A stretch of 64,000 bases of DNA from Octopus sinensis (Eukaryota). Position numbers and translations under genes: made by a program. The stretch spans positions 158,658,001 through 158,722,000 of the forward strand of contig NC_042999.1 in assembly GCF_006345805.1 (NCBI RefSeq). Reading direction: 5' to 3'. Every line of letters begins with the position of its first letter. Within the stretch, counting starts at the first letter, position 1. Under the pieces are notes generated by a model. The model was not told where the DNA came from. It saw nothing but the letters and a program-made list of their open reading frames with translations, and ran no database searches. Positions 26,240 to 37,423 of this stretch are shown here, piece after piece.

Positions 26240-26940
26240 TATTCTTTTCTACTTTAGGCACACGGCCCGAAATTTTGGGGGAGGCCGCCAGTCGATTAGA
26301 TCGACCCAGTAAGCAACTGATACTTGATACTTAATTTATCGATTCGGAAAGGATGAAAGGTGAAGTCGACCTCGGTGGAATTTGGACAGATAAACAAGGA
26401 CAGATAAAGAGATTAAGTCGATTATATCGACCCAAGTGCGTAACTGGTACTTAACTTATCGACCCCGAAAGGATGAAAGGCAAAGTCGACCTCGTCGGAA
26501 TTTAAACTCAGAACATAAAAACAGACGAAATACCTATTTCTTTACTACCCACAATGGTCTAAATACAGAGAGGACAGACAAACGGATTAAGTCGATTATA
26601 TCACCCCCAGTGCGTAACTGGTACCTAATTTATCGACCCCGAAAGGATGAAGGGCAAAGTCAAGCTCGGCGGAATTTGAACTCAGAACGTAGCGGCAAAC
26701 GAAATACCTATTTCTTTACTACCCACAAGGGGCTAAACACAGAGGGGGCAAACAAAGACAGACAAATGGATTAAGTTGATTACATCGACCCCAGTGCGTT
26801 ACTGGTACTTAATTTATCGACCCCGAAAGGATGAAAGGTAAAGTCGACCGCGCTGGAATTTGAACTCAGAACGTAACGGCAGACGAAATACGGCTACGCA
26901 TTTCGCCCGGCGTGCTAACGTTTCTGCCAGCTCGCCGTCT
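26240..26940 (-). mobile_element. SINE family 3 with tandemly reiterated internal domain
   Basis: The ~180-190-bp unit GATTAAGTCGATTATATCGACCC..GTGCGTAACTGGTAC..CGACCCCGAAAGGATGAAAGG recurs about 4 times ahead of a single head. Confidence 0.85.
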
Positions 26941-27685
26941 TGACATCTATAAATATTATTTGATAAAACATGGAGGATAGCGACGTGTATTTGTTACTTC
27001 GCTTTTTGTTTCTTAGTATAATCATCAAAGTGTGTTTATCTCTTTCAGTCCAACTATTTGTGAGTGCGAGTTCATACACATGCAAGTTCACACACTTAAT
27101 CACTTACTCCCACTCCCACATGCTATGTTCCATTTTTGTCTCTCGTTATGAAGAATTGACATGCAAAGCCAAGTAACCTGTGCGCACATTCAAATTCTGG
27201 AAATCCAATTAATGTTTAGCAACATGATTCATTCATTCATAGCAGAGGTTAAACCCTCCACACAACGTATATTTGTAATCATCTAAATCATTTGTCTTTT
27301 ATCTGATTGCCATTTAAGACTGTCAGCGAATCAATAACCCAACAATCCTTATCACTATTATCAAACGAGAATTCTCAAATTCCGGAATAAATGGATACAC
27401 ACGAGTAAGTCACATACGTACATAAATACATATATAGATACATACATGCATGCATACATAGACGAATATACACGCACACATACACGCACGCACACACACA
27501 CTCACACTCACTCATATACTCACACACATATACGTGGCTTTCTGGTAAGAAGCATCCTTTCGACCTCCATGTTTTCGGGTTTTGTCATACTACGGGGCAT
27601 CTGGAGACCAGAAAAAGTCTACTGATTGGATTTATAGATTTGATAGTTTGGTAGACGGAGACTGAGTGAAGCCCATCATATATAC

Positions 27686-27767
<82 letters not shown>

Positions 27768-27794
27768 TATATGTATATATATATATATATATCA

Positions 27795-27996
27795 AAATGT
27801 AACCGCGTGTACCGTTGGCGATTTTTTTCCCTCTGTCTTCCCTTCTCTGTATCATTCCTTCTCCTATGTTTCCGACGATGAGCTCCGCTCGAAACGTTAA
27901 ACCCTTCTTCTTTCCTTCTTTCTTGAGCGTCTAATAATACTAAATTTGTTCCACGTCCTCGCGTTGCTGTGTTTTTTTGTGCTTTCTTGTTTGGAT

Positions 27997-28001
<5 letters not shown>
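27795..28001 (+). mobile_element. Family A repeat with hammerhead-like motif (27868-27902)
   Basis: Reverse-complement homologue of 617-798: GTTT-CCGACGA-T-GAGC-TCC-GCTC-GAAAC-GTT-AAAC. Flanked by (TA)n. Confidence 0.65.
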
Positions 28002-28052
<51 letters not shown>

Positions 28053-28100
28053 TATGTATATATATGCGTGTTTGTGTGTGTGTGTTTATTTATACAGTAT

Positions 28101-28414
28101 TGTTGTGATGAGAATCACGACGCCCTCTTGCGAGCAATAGAGTAGAACGAGTGATTACAAACAGTAGATGTCGGAACGAAGTTTGGGTTAGTTCGAGTGT
28201 AGTTCGCAGTGAAGCCGGAAGGTGGCGGCTCGCTAGTTCGTTTGGAATATTGTTGGCCCGTGATGAGGTTGTTGGGTGGTTACGTTGTTACTGCGGCTGC
28301 ATCGTTATCCTGTTTATTGTTACAACATCGGTACAGTGTGTCGAAACCATCCGTCACAATATCGTGGTGGTACCATGACATTGGAGACGGAAGGTACAAT
28401 ATCTGGCGACGAGG
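28101..28414 (+). mobile_element. Putative gypsy-type 5' LTR (TGT...ACA) followed by PBS-like TGGCGACGAGG
   Basis: Starts TGTTGTG at 28101 and ends TACA at 28398; TGGCGACGAGG at 28404; gag remnant downstream. Confidence 0.55.
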
Positions 28415-28793
28415 GTTTCGAAACTCAAGTAAGTTATTTAACAATTTGTTCGTGATAAAACTTGTTAAACAATGGAAGACGTACTAACTTCTATAATACA
28501 GTTGCAAAAGCAACAACAACAGCAACATGGCGTAACCCACTATGTCGTGGTAATCTTTCAGACCCTAGTCTAGATTGCGAATCCTCTGTACCCCAAGATG
28601 GTTCAGCTCTCCACCTGTTAAAAGCCACCGTTTACGGAATGAGGATATCAACGTAGCTTTCGCGCACGTGCAACCGCCAGTCTATCGCCAGTGGTGGTGG
28701 GTGGATCTTCAAGTTGCCACACGTAGTCTTAGTAGCTTAGAGTAGGCTCGAATTAGAGATTATTCTTTGTGGCTAATGGCGTGAATCCTGATT

Positions 28794-28890
28794 GGAAGAA
28801 GAAGAAGAAGAAGAAGAAGAAGAAGAAGAAGAAGAAGAAGAAGAAGAAGAAGAAGAAAGTGAAGAAGAAGAAGAAGAAGAAGAAGAGAAG

Positions 28891-28921
<31 letters not shown>

Positions 28922-29098
28922 GGAAGAAGAAGTGGAAGAAGAAGTGGAAGAAGAAGTGGGAGAAGAAGTGGAAGAAGAAGTGGAAGAAGAAGTGGGAGAA
29001 GAAGTGGAAGAAGAAGTGGCGGAAGAAGAAGAAGAAGAAGAAGAAGAAGAAGAAGAAGAAGAAGAAGAAGAAGATGAAGAAGAAGAAGAAGAAGAAGA
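28794..29098. repeat. (GAA)n purine tract with higher-order GAAGAAGAAGTG units
   Basis: Direct reading. Confidence 0.95.
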
Positions 29099-29453
29099 CA
29101 ACAGCAACAGGAATAGCAGACGAAATTAGAACAGCAGCAACTACAACAGCAACAACAACAATTATTGGAGCTATACGCAAACAGGTCCGAAAATGCAGTA
29201 AGTTCATTGTTGCCAGACGGCATATCGAATTCCATAAAATAATTCAGTTATAACCTAGAGGAGTGTATAACTTTTGCAGCGTACTACAGACGGTACGAGG
29301 AGAGTTTTAAGGACGATTGCAAAACATGGTCGGACGAAGAAAATGTAAGGTTATTATTACGTAAATTAGCTCCGTCTGAGCATGAACGATACTGTAATTT
29401 CATATTGTCCAAAAAGTCTAGTGAAATCTATTTTCAGGAAACAATCAAATTAT

Positions 29454-29799
29454 TATTAATAGTTATCGCCAAGCGAACATGGCAGTCCAGAAAAACAGGA
29501 TGAATGCTGTCGTTGATTAGTTCCAAGAGGCCATCGACTCTAGCTAGCTATGTGACACACAAACCTGTGTCAATTATAACCTTCGAACAGGGGAGGTCAG
29601 CAGCGTCCCCTCGAAACTAGTCTGTGGATGCCAGACCAGCAAGGTGAAGCTGCTGACCTCCCCTGTTCGAAGGTTATAATGGACACAGGTTTGTGTGTCA
29701 CATAGCTAGCTAGAGACGATGGCTTTTTGGAGCTAATCAACGGCAGCATTCGTCCTATTTTTCTGGACTGCCATGTTCGCTTGGCGAAAACTATTAATA
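29454..29799. mobile_element. Palindromic (hairpin) MITE
   Basis: ~150-bp arms (29454-29604 vs 29649-29799) are near-perfect reverse complements around a ~45-nt loop. Confidence 0.85.
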
Positions 29800-29900
29800 T
29801 CCACTACTGCAGCCGTAGTCCCCTTTGGAGAGAATTAGAAGTAATAATATTTCTATTAATCAAATTATTGTCTAACATGTTCGTTAAACTTTTCTTGATT

Positions 29901-29995
29901 GAAGTATTGGAATTTAACTAAAATGAAGTGTTGGAATTTAACTAAAATGAAGTGTTGGAATTTAACTAAAATGAAGTGTTGGAATTTAACTAAAA
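29901..29995 (+). repeat. 24-bp tandem repeat x4 (GAAGTGTTGGAATTTAACTAAAAT)
   Basis: Direct reading. Confidence 0.9.
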
Positions 29996-30638
29996 AAAAA
30001 AGAGGACGATGACTTTATTACTCATGCATGAATAGTCACCAGAATGTGTGAAAGTTTTAAACTTGCTCCTGAGATATTTAAGTGTTTCATTTTTGTACCA
30101 GGCCTTACAGCAAAAGAAGATACAGAAATACGGGCAAGAATTCTTTCAAAACTTGAAGAAGCGAACCAAAATTTAATCCTGCAGAGTATTGCAAAAGAGT
30201 ATCAGAGGATGGTGAACCTGAAACACGAAGTAAGAAAAATTGAAGAAAAAAATTTCGCAAAAGCATAGATATTTCGACCGAGAAAGTATAACCGACGGAA
30301 ATTTCTAGGTCCTAACGCATGTTACGGATGTTGAAGCCTACATTTCAGAAAAGATTGTCCTTTTAAGAAAAACTTTGGCTTGACACATACATTGTGTGCA
30401 AGTTTGATGAGATTGACTTTGATTGGAAGCTCATCAGATTCTCTCCATATGTGGTTCAGTGGACCATCCTTGAAGTAGGGCGTTTATCTGATGATTGCAT
30501 TAAAATTACATGTAGCTCTAGAATACTTAGCCATTTATATTTTGATTTAGTATGTATTCAGTTGATAGGAAAATTGAGCCGTTCTCCACGTCAATTGTGA
30601 CGAAAGATCCATATTTGTCTGTGTATATATGTATTTGC

Positions 30639-30705
<67 letters not shown>

Positions 30706-30903
30706 TATATATATATACTAAGCAATTAAGGGTTTAGCAACGAATTGCCTCACCACACACCGAATTTAGAAATAGCAGTCAAAGAGTTATAGCTATTCTT
30801 TCTACTAAAAGGGAGATCTTAGTAAAAACACAGCACTTGAATGCAAACACACACAGGTAAGAGAGAATGAAATGACGGCAATCTATCATACAATTTTAAG
30901 TCA

Positions 30904-30994
30904 CCTACGGACGTACGTTTCGAAATTAAGTTTTAGGAAAGCATAAGAATTAGATAATTATATCTTACCCAACTTCTTTTCTCATCAGCGTAGG
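30904..30994 (-). ncRNA. Type I hammerhead ribozyme (intact)
   Basis: Reverse complement of 31603-31693. Confidence 0.8.
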
Positions 30995-31602
30995 ACACTA
31001 CAATTATGAATAATTGTATATTAAATTTCGAGATACTAGAAGGCATCATCTCAACTCAGTATCAGAGCGAGCTAAAAGCCGTTACCAGTATCACCAAATT
31101 CAAAGTGTGAATGAAAGTTTATGTCACCAGCCCCTTCCCACCCGCGTGTAGCCAAGACAAGATGCTGCGGTCATTTACTGAGAGTGTTTTTACTAAGATC
31201 TCCCTTTTAGTAGAAAGAATAGCTATAACTCTTTGACTGCTATTTCTAAATTCGGTGTGTGGTGAGGCAATTCGTTGCTAAACCTTAATTGCTTAGTATT
31301 ACTTAAATTTTCCTCGAATGAGGCTTTTACATGCCGAAATCTACTTGGTGTAATTAATAATTATTCCAAATTAATTAATTTCACCCTATATTGTTACTGA
31401 TAACCATATTTCATCCCAGTAAATGACCGCAGCATCTTGTCTTGGCTACACGCGGGTGGGAAGGGGCTGGTGACATAAACTTTCATTCACACTTTGAATT
31501 TGGTGATACTGGTAACGGCTTTTAGCTCGCTCTGATACTGAGTTGAGATGATGCCTTCTAGTATCTCGAAATTTAATATACAATTATTCATAATTGTAGT
31601 GT

Positions 31603-31693
31603 CCTACGCTGATGAGAAAAGAAGTTGGGTAAGATATAATTATCTAATTCTTATGCTTTCCTAAAACTTAATTTCGAAACGTACGTCCGTAGG
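31603..31693 (+). ncRNA. Type I hammerhead ribozyme (intact)
   Basis: CCTACG-CTGATGA-GAAA..AAGTT...AACTT..TTTC-GAAAC-GTAC-GTC-CGTAGG: 6-bp stem I, G10.1-C11.1 stem II, palindromic stem III (ACGTACGT), GUC triplet with predicted cleavage after 31687. Confidence 0.8.
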
Positions 31694-31983
31694 TGACTTA
31701 AAATTGTATGATAGATTGCCGTCATTTCATTCTCTCTTACCTTTGTGTGTTTGCCATTCAAGTGCTGTGTTTTTACCGAGATCACCCTTTTAGTAGAAAG
31801 AATAGCTATAACTCTTTGACTGCTATTTCTAAATTCGGTGTGTGGTGAGGCAATTCGTTGCTAAACCCTTAATTGCTTAGTATTACTTAAACTTTCCTCG
31901 AATGAGGCTTTTACATGCCGAAATCTACTTGGTGTAATTAATAATTATTCCAAATTAATTAATTTCACCCTATATTGTTACTG

Positions 31984-32046
<63 letters not shown>

Positions 32047-32224
32047 ATGTGTGTGTGTATGTGTGTGTGTATGTGTGTGTGTGTGTATGTATTTGTATAT
32101 ATATGTGTGTGTGTGTGTGTGTGTACGTAACTCTATAGGAATATTATTCTTTTTTGGAGACGTACAATTTTACAGTTAATTAATGGCATGTTAAACTAAG
32201 CTAGCATTCTCAAAATATACATCA

Positions 32225-32610
32225 GAGACGTACACTTGGTTGTGTAGCTACTCAAACACATTGTTCTGGGTTCAGTCCCACTGCATGGCACCTTGGGCAA
32301 GTGTCTTCTGCTACAGCCGCGAACCGACCAATGCCTTATGAGTGGATTTGATTGACAGAAACTGAAAGAAGCCGATTGTACACACATATATGCATATATC
32401 TAGGCGTCTGTCTTTGTGTGTGTTTGTAACCTCACAACATTTTGGCAACCGTGTTGGCTTGTTTACCCCCTTGTAAATTAATGATGTGAAAAAGGAGACC
32501 GATAAAATAATTACCTGGTTTAAAAATCAACTAGGGTTGACTTGCTCGACTAAACCCTTGAAGGCGGTGCCCTACTATTGTCGTAGCCCAATGTCTAAAA
32601 CAAGTAAAAC
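32225..32610 (+). mobile_element. SINE family 1, old diverged copy
   Basis: GGGTTCAGTCCCACTGC..GGCACCTTGGGCAAGTGTCTTC body. Confidence 0.7.
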
Positions 32611-34628
32611 GGTCTATCAAGCTGATATGATAGACTTGACTCAGTCAAAATATAATGCATATATTAGATTTATATTAATTTGGTTTAAACTTAAATTTCT
32701 GTGGAAGAAATATGTGTCTGTTTAGTATCATTCTATTAGTTATGAAACATTTTGCTAAGGACATTAAGTATTTGAAAATAGTGCCGAGATTTTCAATCTT
32801 ACTATCTAGGCTATAATTCATGCCTTTTTGTTGATACTGCAAGGTTCTGTTTTACGTTGTCCATTCATTTAATAGTTTATTACTATTCAGGACATGTCTC
32901 AAGCTGAGCGGGGTTTCCTCCGTCTTTATCATTTGAGTTCATCCTTTCATCCTTTACTCCATGTGAACAACGGATTCGACATAATTACAGCCTCCCTTGC
33001 ACAAATATTTGCAACATATCTATCATAGAGCTTATTCTAGTTTTTTTATTAAGTTTGTAGCTGTTTCAGTCGAATCTAGAGCAGCTAAACCGCCTTATAT
33101 AGTTTCGTAGAATTTTATTATCCTGTATATTTCAGTTCACGTCTACGTCTATTGTCATTTTACTAAGTCGCCGAAACTGGATCGTCTATCATTTCGGATT
33201 AAGCAATTTACCAAATTTTCGTTCGAGTAAACTCATATTTATTGTGGTCATGTTATCTGACCATTTTAAGCGGAAACCTCGTCACCCACGAATTCCATTT
33301 CAAAAGCAGAGTGTTGTCTCTCGCTGGCTACTATATTAAATAGGTAATAAATCTACAGAAATAGTCGTACGGTCTCAGGAGGCAATTAACTTAAATTAGT
33401 TATCTAATAAGATAATTGATATTTTAACAAGAATTACAGATGAAAGAAAAGTGACATATGAAATTATGTACCTTAGCATCTCAATTCATTGGGTGTTATA
33501 CGGAAAATATACTAGTTGAAAGCGCCCTCTCTTTTTTGTAGCGTCATTTATTATTAATATATAATCCTTTATCATTACTGTGTAGATATTTGTGTGGTCA
33601 TTTTTCATTTTGTGTTGTCATATATCATTAATGTGTTTCCGATCAAATTGAATGAATAATGAATTACGTCTAAATTGATAACTTATTAATTTTCATTTAG
33701 TAATACTTTGTCAGTTTACTTGGAAAATATTTAAACGTCAGAATTTAGCTCATTACTTTCCAGTAAAGTTGAAAGTTTTGGAAGAACAAAGTAAATCAAT
33801 AATTAAAATTTTAATTGAATCGCAATTTCCTCCAACGCATATATTTGTAATTTTGATGTAACTGTATAATTTAATACGGACATAATTTAAGGATCTAATA
33901 GATTGTCTGTTACCCTAAGGTTAGAAAGGGAATTATTTGAAAAGATACCTTGTAATTCATCTATATTCATTAAGATATCCATTAATAACACTGCATGTTC
34001 TAATGCATTAAATATTCTTCTAAATATTGAATTAATTCTTCATTTAATTTTTAATTATAATTTCACTTTTGCTTTATTTCTAATCTTTTCATCACAATTC
34101 ATGTTCAAATGACAGAAGCTGATCTGTAATTAGCGTAAATTACGTAACTGTCTCTTTTCAACAATCAGTCAATTGCACTGTACATTGAACGCCATCTTAT
34201 AATCATTATTTCACTGAATACTATAAACTTTATATTTTAATACACAATTACTCTATTTCGGTTTTAAGTGATTTCTCTAGATCTTAGGATGTCAATAGGT
34301 AGTATCAGATGGAAGTTACAGTAAAATAAGACAGACAGGTAGTTTCAATCCTTGGATAACTAAATCCAAAGTGGGTGCTAAGGCAGGAACGTCACAACCA
34401 TTCATTCTTTTGAAATACTGAGCTTCTAATACTTCACATTATTGGACAAGGATTTCACTTTTCCAAGTAAGTATTGGCTCAGTGGCTCTTCATATCGGTG
34501 GAACGAAACATATGTCGGCATATTGTGACTGTCACAAGTTAATTAGTAATTATATGCGCGTAAGCAGTTATTAGATGAAGAAGTCACTGACTGAAATTTC
34601 TGTAATCTATTTGAAAAATATCAATATC

Positions 34629-34668
34629 AGGCGCAGGAGTGGCTGTGTGGTAAGTAGCTTGCTAACCA
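34629..34668 (+). mobile_element. SINE family 1 head (5' half of the interrupted target)
   Basis: AGGCGCAGGAGTGGCTGTGTGGTAAGTAGCTTGCTAACCA; the SINE resumes at 38963. Confidence 0.9.
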
Positions 34669-36660
34669 CTGAACTGTTCAGACGTGCTGTTTTTTGCTCC
34701 GGCAAATGTCACGTGTTAACGTGAACTATTGAACATTTGACTCGACTACAGGTAGGCGTTTTGTATTTTTGGGAGCGAAGTGAAGTCTATTGCTTGCATT
34801 TAATGTTTTTTAGCATTAAATATTTTTTAGCAGATAATAAACTCCACTTTGCTCCAGATATAATTTTTCTGCCTGTTGTCGAGTGTAAAGACTCACTTTG
34901 CAGTGAGAATTGTATTTTTAAAGCGGCGTAGTCCGTCTGCAAAAATTGTTTTTGAAATTTTCTTTGTGTTATCCACGGGAATTACCAAGGAGTACCAAGG
35001 ATTATTTTACCAAAGTGTTTTACCAGCTGTACATTGGCCTTGAATACAATTTTTTGGCCGAAAAAAGTGAAAAGAAAAAAAAAATTAACTTTTAGTTGAA
35101 CTGTGTTGCCATTATTTGAACTGTCTTCCTTCGTCCTTTTCTCTGTTCTGTCTTTCTGTTCTGTCATTGTGTTTTTTCTTATTGAACTTTTAGTTGAACT
35201 TTTTTTCAAAATCATGGCAACAAAAGAAACCACTGCTTTGGAATGGGAGGTTGTCCCACCCAAGCAGTGGATTGAAAGTCTTGAGAAGAGGACGGTGGTC
35301 CTACGAACCTATTCTAGGTCGCGTGGAACCATTGCCCTCTTCGACAGGAATACTATAGAGAGAGAGTTGGGGGACCACCTGCCAACTATATAATTTATTT
35401 CTCGGGGGACTAAATTTGCAACGGTGTGGTTGCTGTTTGGTACCCCCGAGGAAGCTAGCAGATTTGCTAGCGAGCCACTGGAGGGAGAGGAAATTTTGTT
35501 CCTCCCCTCGTATTGTGGTAGAAAAGTAAAAAGAGCCTGGGTGTGTGGGCTGCCCCCGGGCACGGAGGCGGAATGGATCGAGAAGACCATCCGGCGAGGC
35601 CTGGGGGATAGCGGACCTAGACTACTGAGTGTGAAAATGGCTCCCGCGGTCGCCTGGGAGGGGTCAAAGGCAACTTTGACCCTGTGGACACCGGTGGCCG
35701 TGGGAGAAATGAAATTCCCGGACTTCCTGAGAATGGCTGGGTACAGGTGCCCGGTGATGCTCGAGGGTCGCCCCCCCAGGTGTCACCTGTGCCTGAAGCC
35801 CGGACATATCAGGAAGAATTGTCCCGGGGGCCGTGGTGGTGCCCCGGAGCAGAAAGGGGAAAAGGCGCCCGCCGCCGCCTCATTGGAGGGGGAGACGGTG
35901 GAAGTCGTGGAGGAGGTTGCCTCCACGAAAAATAAGAGACAGGCGAGCAACAATGGTTGCCCGCCAAAGAACGCTCAGGGGCGGAGGGGGATAGCAATCC
36001 CCCGTGTCTGGTGACGGAGTCCCCTGGGTCAGCAGTCTCCCCCAAAAGAAGGAGGAGAAAAAGGAGAGGTCGGACGACTGACGTTTCTGTGTCGCCGGCG
36101 GAGCCGCGGGTGGGATGTGTGCCACCCGCGGACAAGCCTCCGCCGGTAGGAAGTGTGCCACTGACGGAGCAGTATGAGGTCCCTTCCTGTGAAGAGGAGA
36201 TGCTTCTCCTCCTTTACCACAAGGGAGAGGAGGTGGAAAGATTTTTGAATGGCTTGGGTGACCGAGAACGCAAGGTCACGGTCGGCTCAAGGAGTCCGTT
36301 ATGGCCTCCGCGGGTAGCTGCGGAAAAAGTAACGGAAGATATTTTGTCAAGGGTCGCAGAGACCTTTGAGAGGAAAGATTTTACTTTTCTCTTTGCAGGC
36401 CCCGACTTGTCGTCGCAGAGTTGTCTGCAGGCGGCAAGACAATTTGCTTCGGGACCTGACGAGGAGAATTGTTGAACATTTTTTGAACATTTTATTAAAT
36501 GTATTTATTGAAACATTGTTTTAGAGAAGCGACAGTCGGCGGGCGCTTTCGACTTCTCCCATCACCATCTTCATCCACCACCACCATCATCCATTAATGT
36601 CCTTGTCCAGCCCGCAGCTACTACTCTGTGTGCTGCCCTAGTGGCAAATTATATAAAATA
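34667..36660 (+). mobile_element. ORF1-only non-LTR retroelement, copy 1
   Basis: Bounded by TSD AAGTAGCTTGCTAAC (34652-34666 / 36661-36675). ~550-nt 5' UTR, zinc-knuckle ORF, conserved 3' UTR ending in AATAAA. No RT or endonuclease. Confidence 0.8.
35214..36475 (+). pseudogene. LINE ORF1/Gag-like RNA-binding protein with CCHC zinc knuckle (disrupted)
   Basis: ATG in AAAATCATGG context; in-frame TAA at 35391 where the paralogue has AAA; knuckle CHLCLKPGHIRKNC; -1 frame change between 35936 and 36011; basic tract KRRRRKRRGR. Confidence 0.8.
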
Positions 36661-37200
36661 AAGTAGCTTGCTAACGGTTGCTTCTGCGCATGTGCGAGTC
36701 ACTGTTGTGTTTGGCACTGAAGCGGTGAAGATGTGCCTTTGAAGCCGTCTTGAATTGAAAACTTTGGAAGCCCCATGTAAGGTAAGATTCAGTTTTCTGG
36801 GTCCAGTGGGAGTTTTTGTTGAGAATTGTTTTTTACAGGCAGGAAGTCCTACTGGATTCAGAATTCTGATTCTGCCGACATGTGGCAAATATATTTTTCG
36901 CGCTGAGAAAATTTTGGGGGCGTATCCGTCTTCGATAAATTGAGTAAATATTTTTCTCACGTAATTGTGAGAATTGTATTGTGCTGTGAAGAACTTTTAT
37001 GAATTGTGAAAACTACTACTTCGCAAGAAAATTATAAAAATAAGCCACTATTGGATTACCTTTCGGACCCATTTTTGTGGAGGTTGTGTTGCAGTTGCGG
37101 CGTTCCAGGTTCAACCCAGGCCGGGAGTACCGCAAGGCCAGAATATTTTTGCTGTGTTTTTTCTGTTTATTAACTTTCTTTTGAACTTCATTTAACCCCC

Positions 37201-37340
37201 CCTTTTGTTTTTTTTCTTTATTGCGACTTTCCGTTAATTTCTTCCCTTCTGTTGTGCTTTCTCCTTTTTGTTTTTTTTCTTTATTGCGACTTTCCGTTAA
37301 TTTCTTCCCTTCTGTTGTGCTTTCTCCTTTTTGTTTTTTC
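37201..37340 (+). repeat. 63-bp tandem duplication in the 5' UTR of element 2
   Basis: TTGCGACTTTCCGTTAATTTCTTCCCTTCTGTTGTGC at 37221 and 37284. Confidence 0.9.
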
Positions 37341-37423
37341 AAAAATCTATCAAATTTTATTTGGACTTTTGAACTTTTTCTTCCTGCTTTTGAGTTTAAT
37401 TTGAATATATTTTATAAAAAAAC

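Larger units (their letters stand above)
29150..30370 (+). pseudogene. Ty3/gypsy gag remnant, interrupted by a MITE
   Basis: EECITFAAYYRRYEESFKDDCKTWSDEENVRLLLRKLAPSEHERYCNFIL, then FKCFIFVPGLTAKEDTEIRARILSKLE and the knuckle CYGC*SLHFRKDC. Confidence 0.7.
30717..31984 (+). mobile_element. ORF-less PLE/retrozyme-like element: inverted 5' copy plus partial tandem repeat
   Basis: 30717-31180 is the reverse complement of ~31417-31880, and ~31183-31400 is repeated at ~31766-31984. Flanked by (TA)n. Two hammerheads. Confidence 0.8.

Noticed and set aside
26240-26940. CRISPR-like regularly spaced repeats
   Set aside because: The spacers are themselves homologous SINE sequence, the context is eukaryotic, and there are no cas genes.
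28753-29253. Long poly-K/E/R/L/F/S ORFs in all six frames
   Set aside because: Artefacts of the stop-free (GAA)n repeat.
34281-34467. Candidate exon bounded by TTTCTCTAG and GTAAGT
   Set aside because: All three + frames contain stops; a non-coding exon cannot be supported without RNA data.
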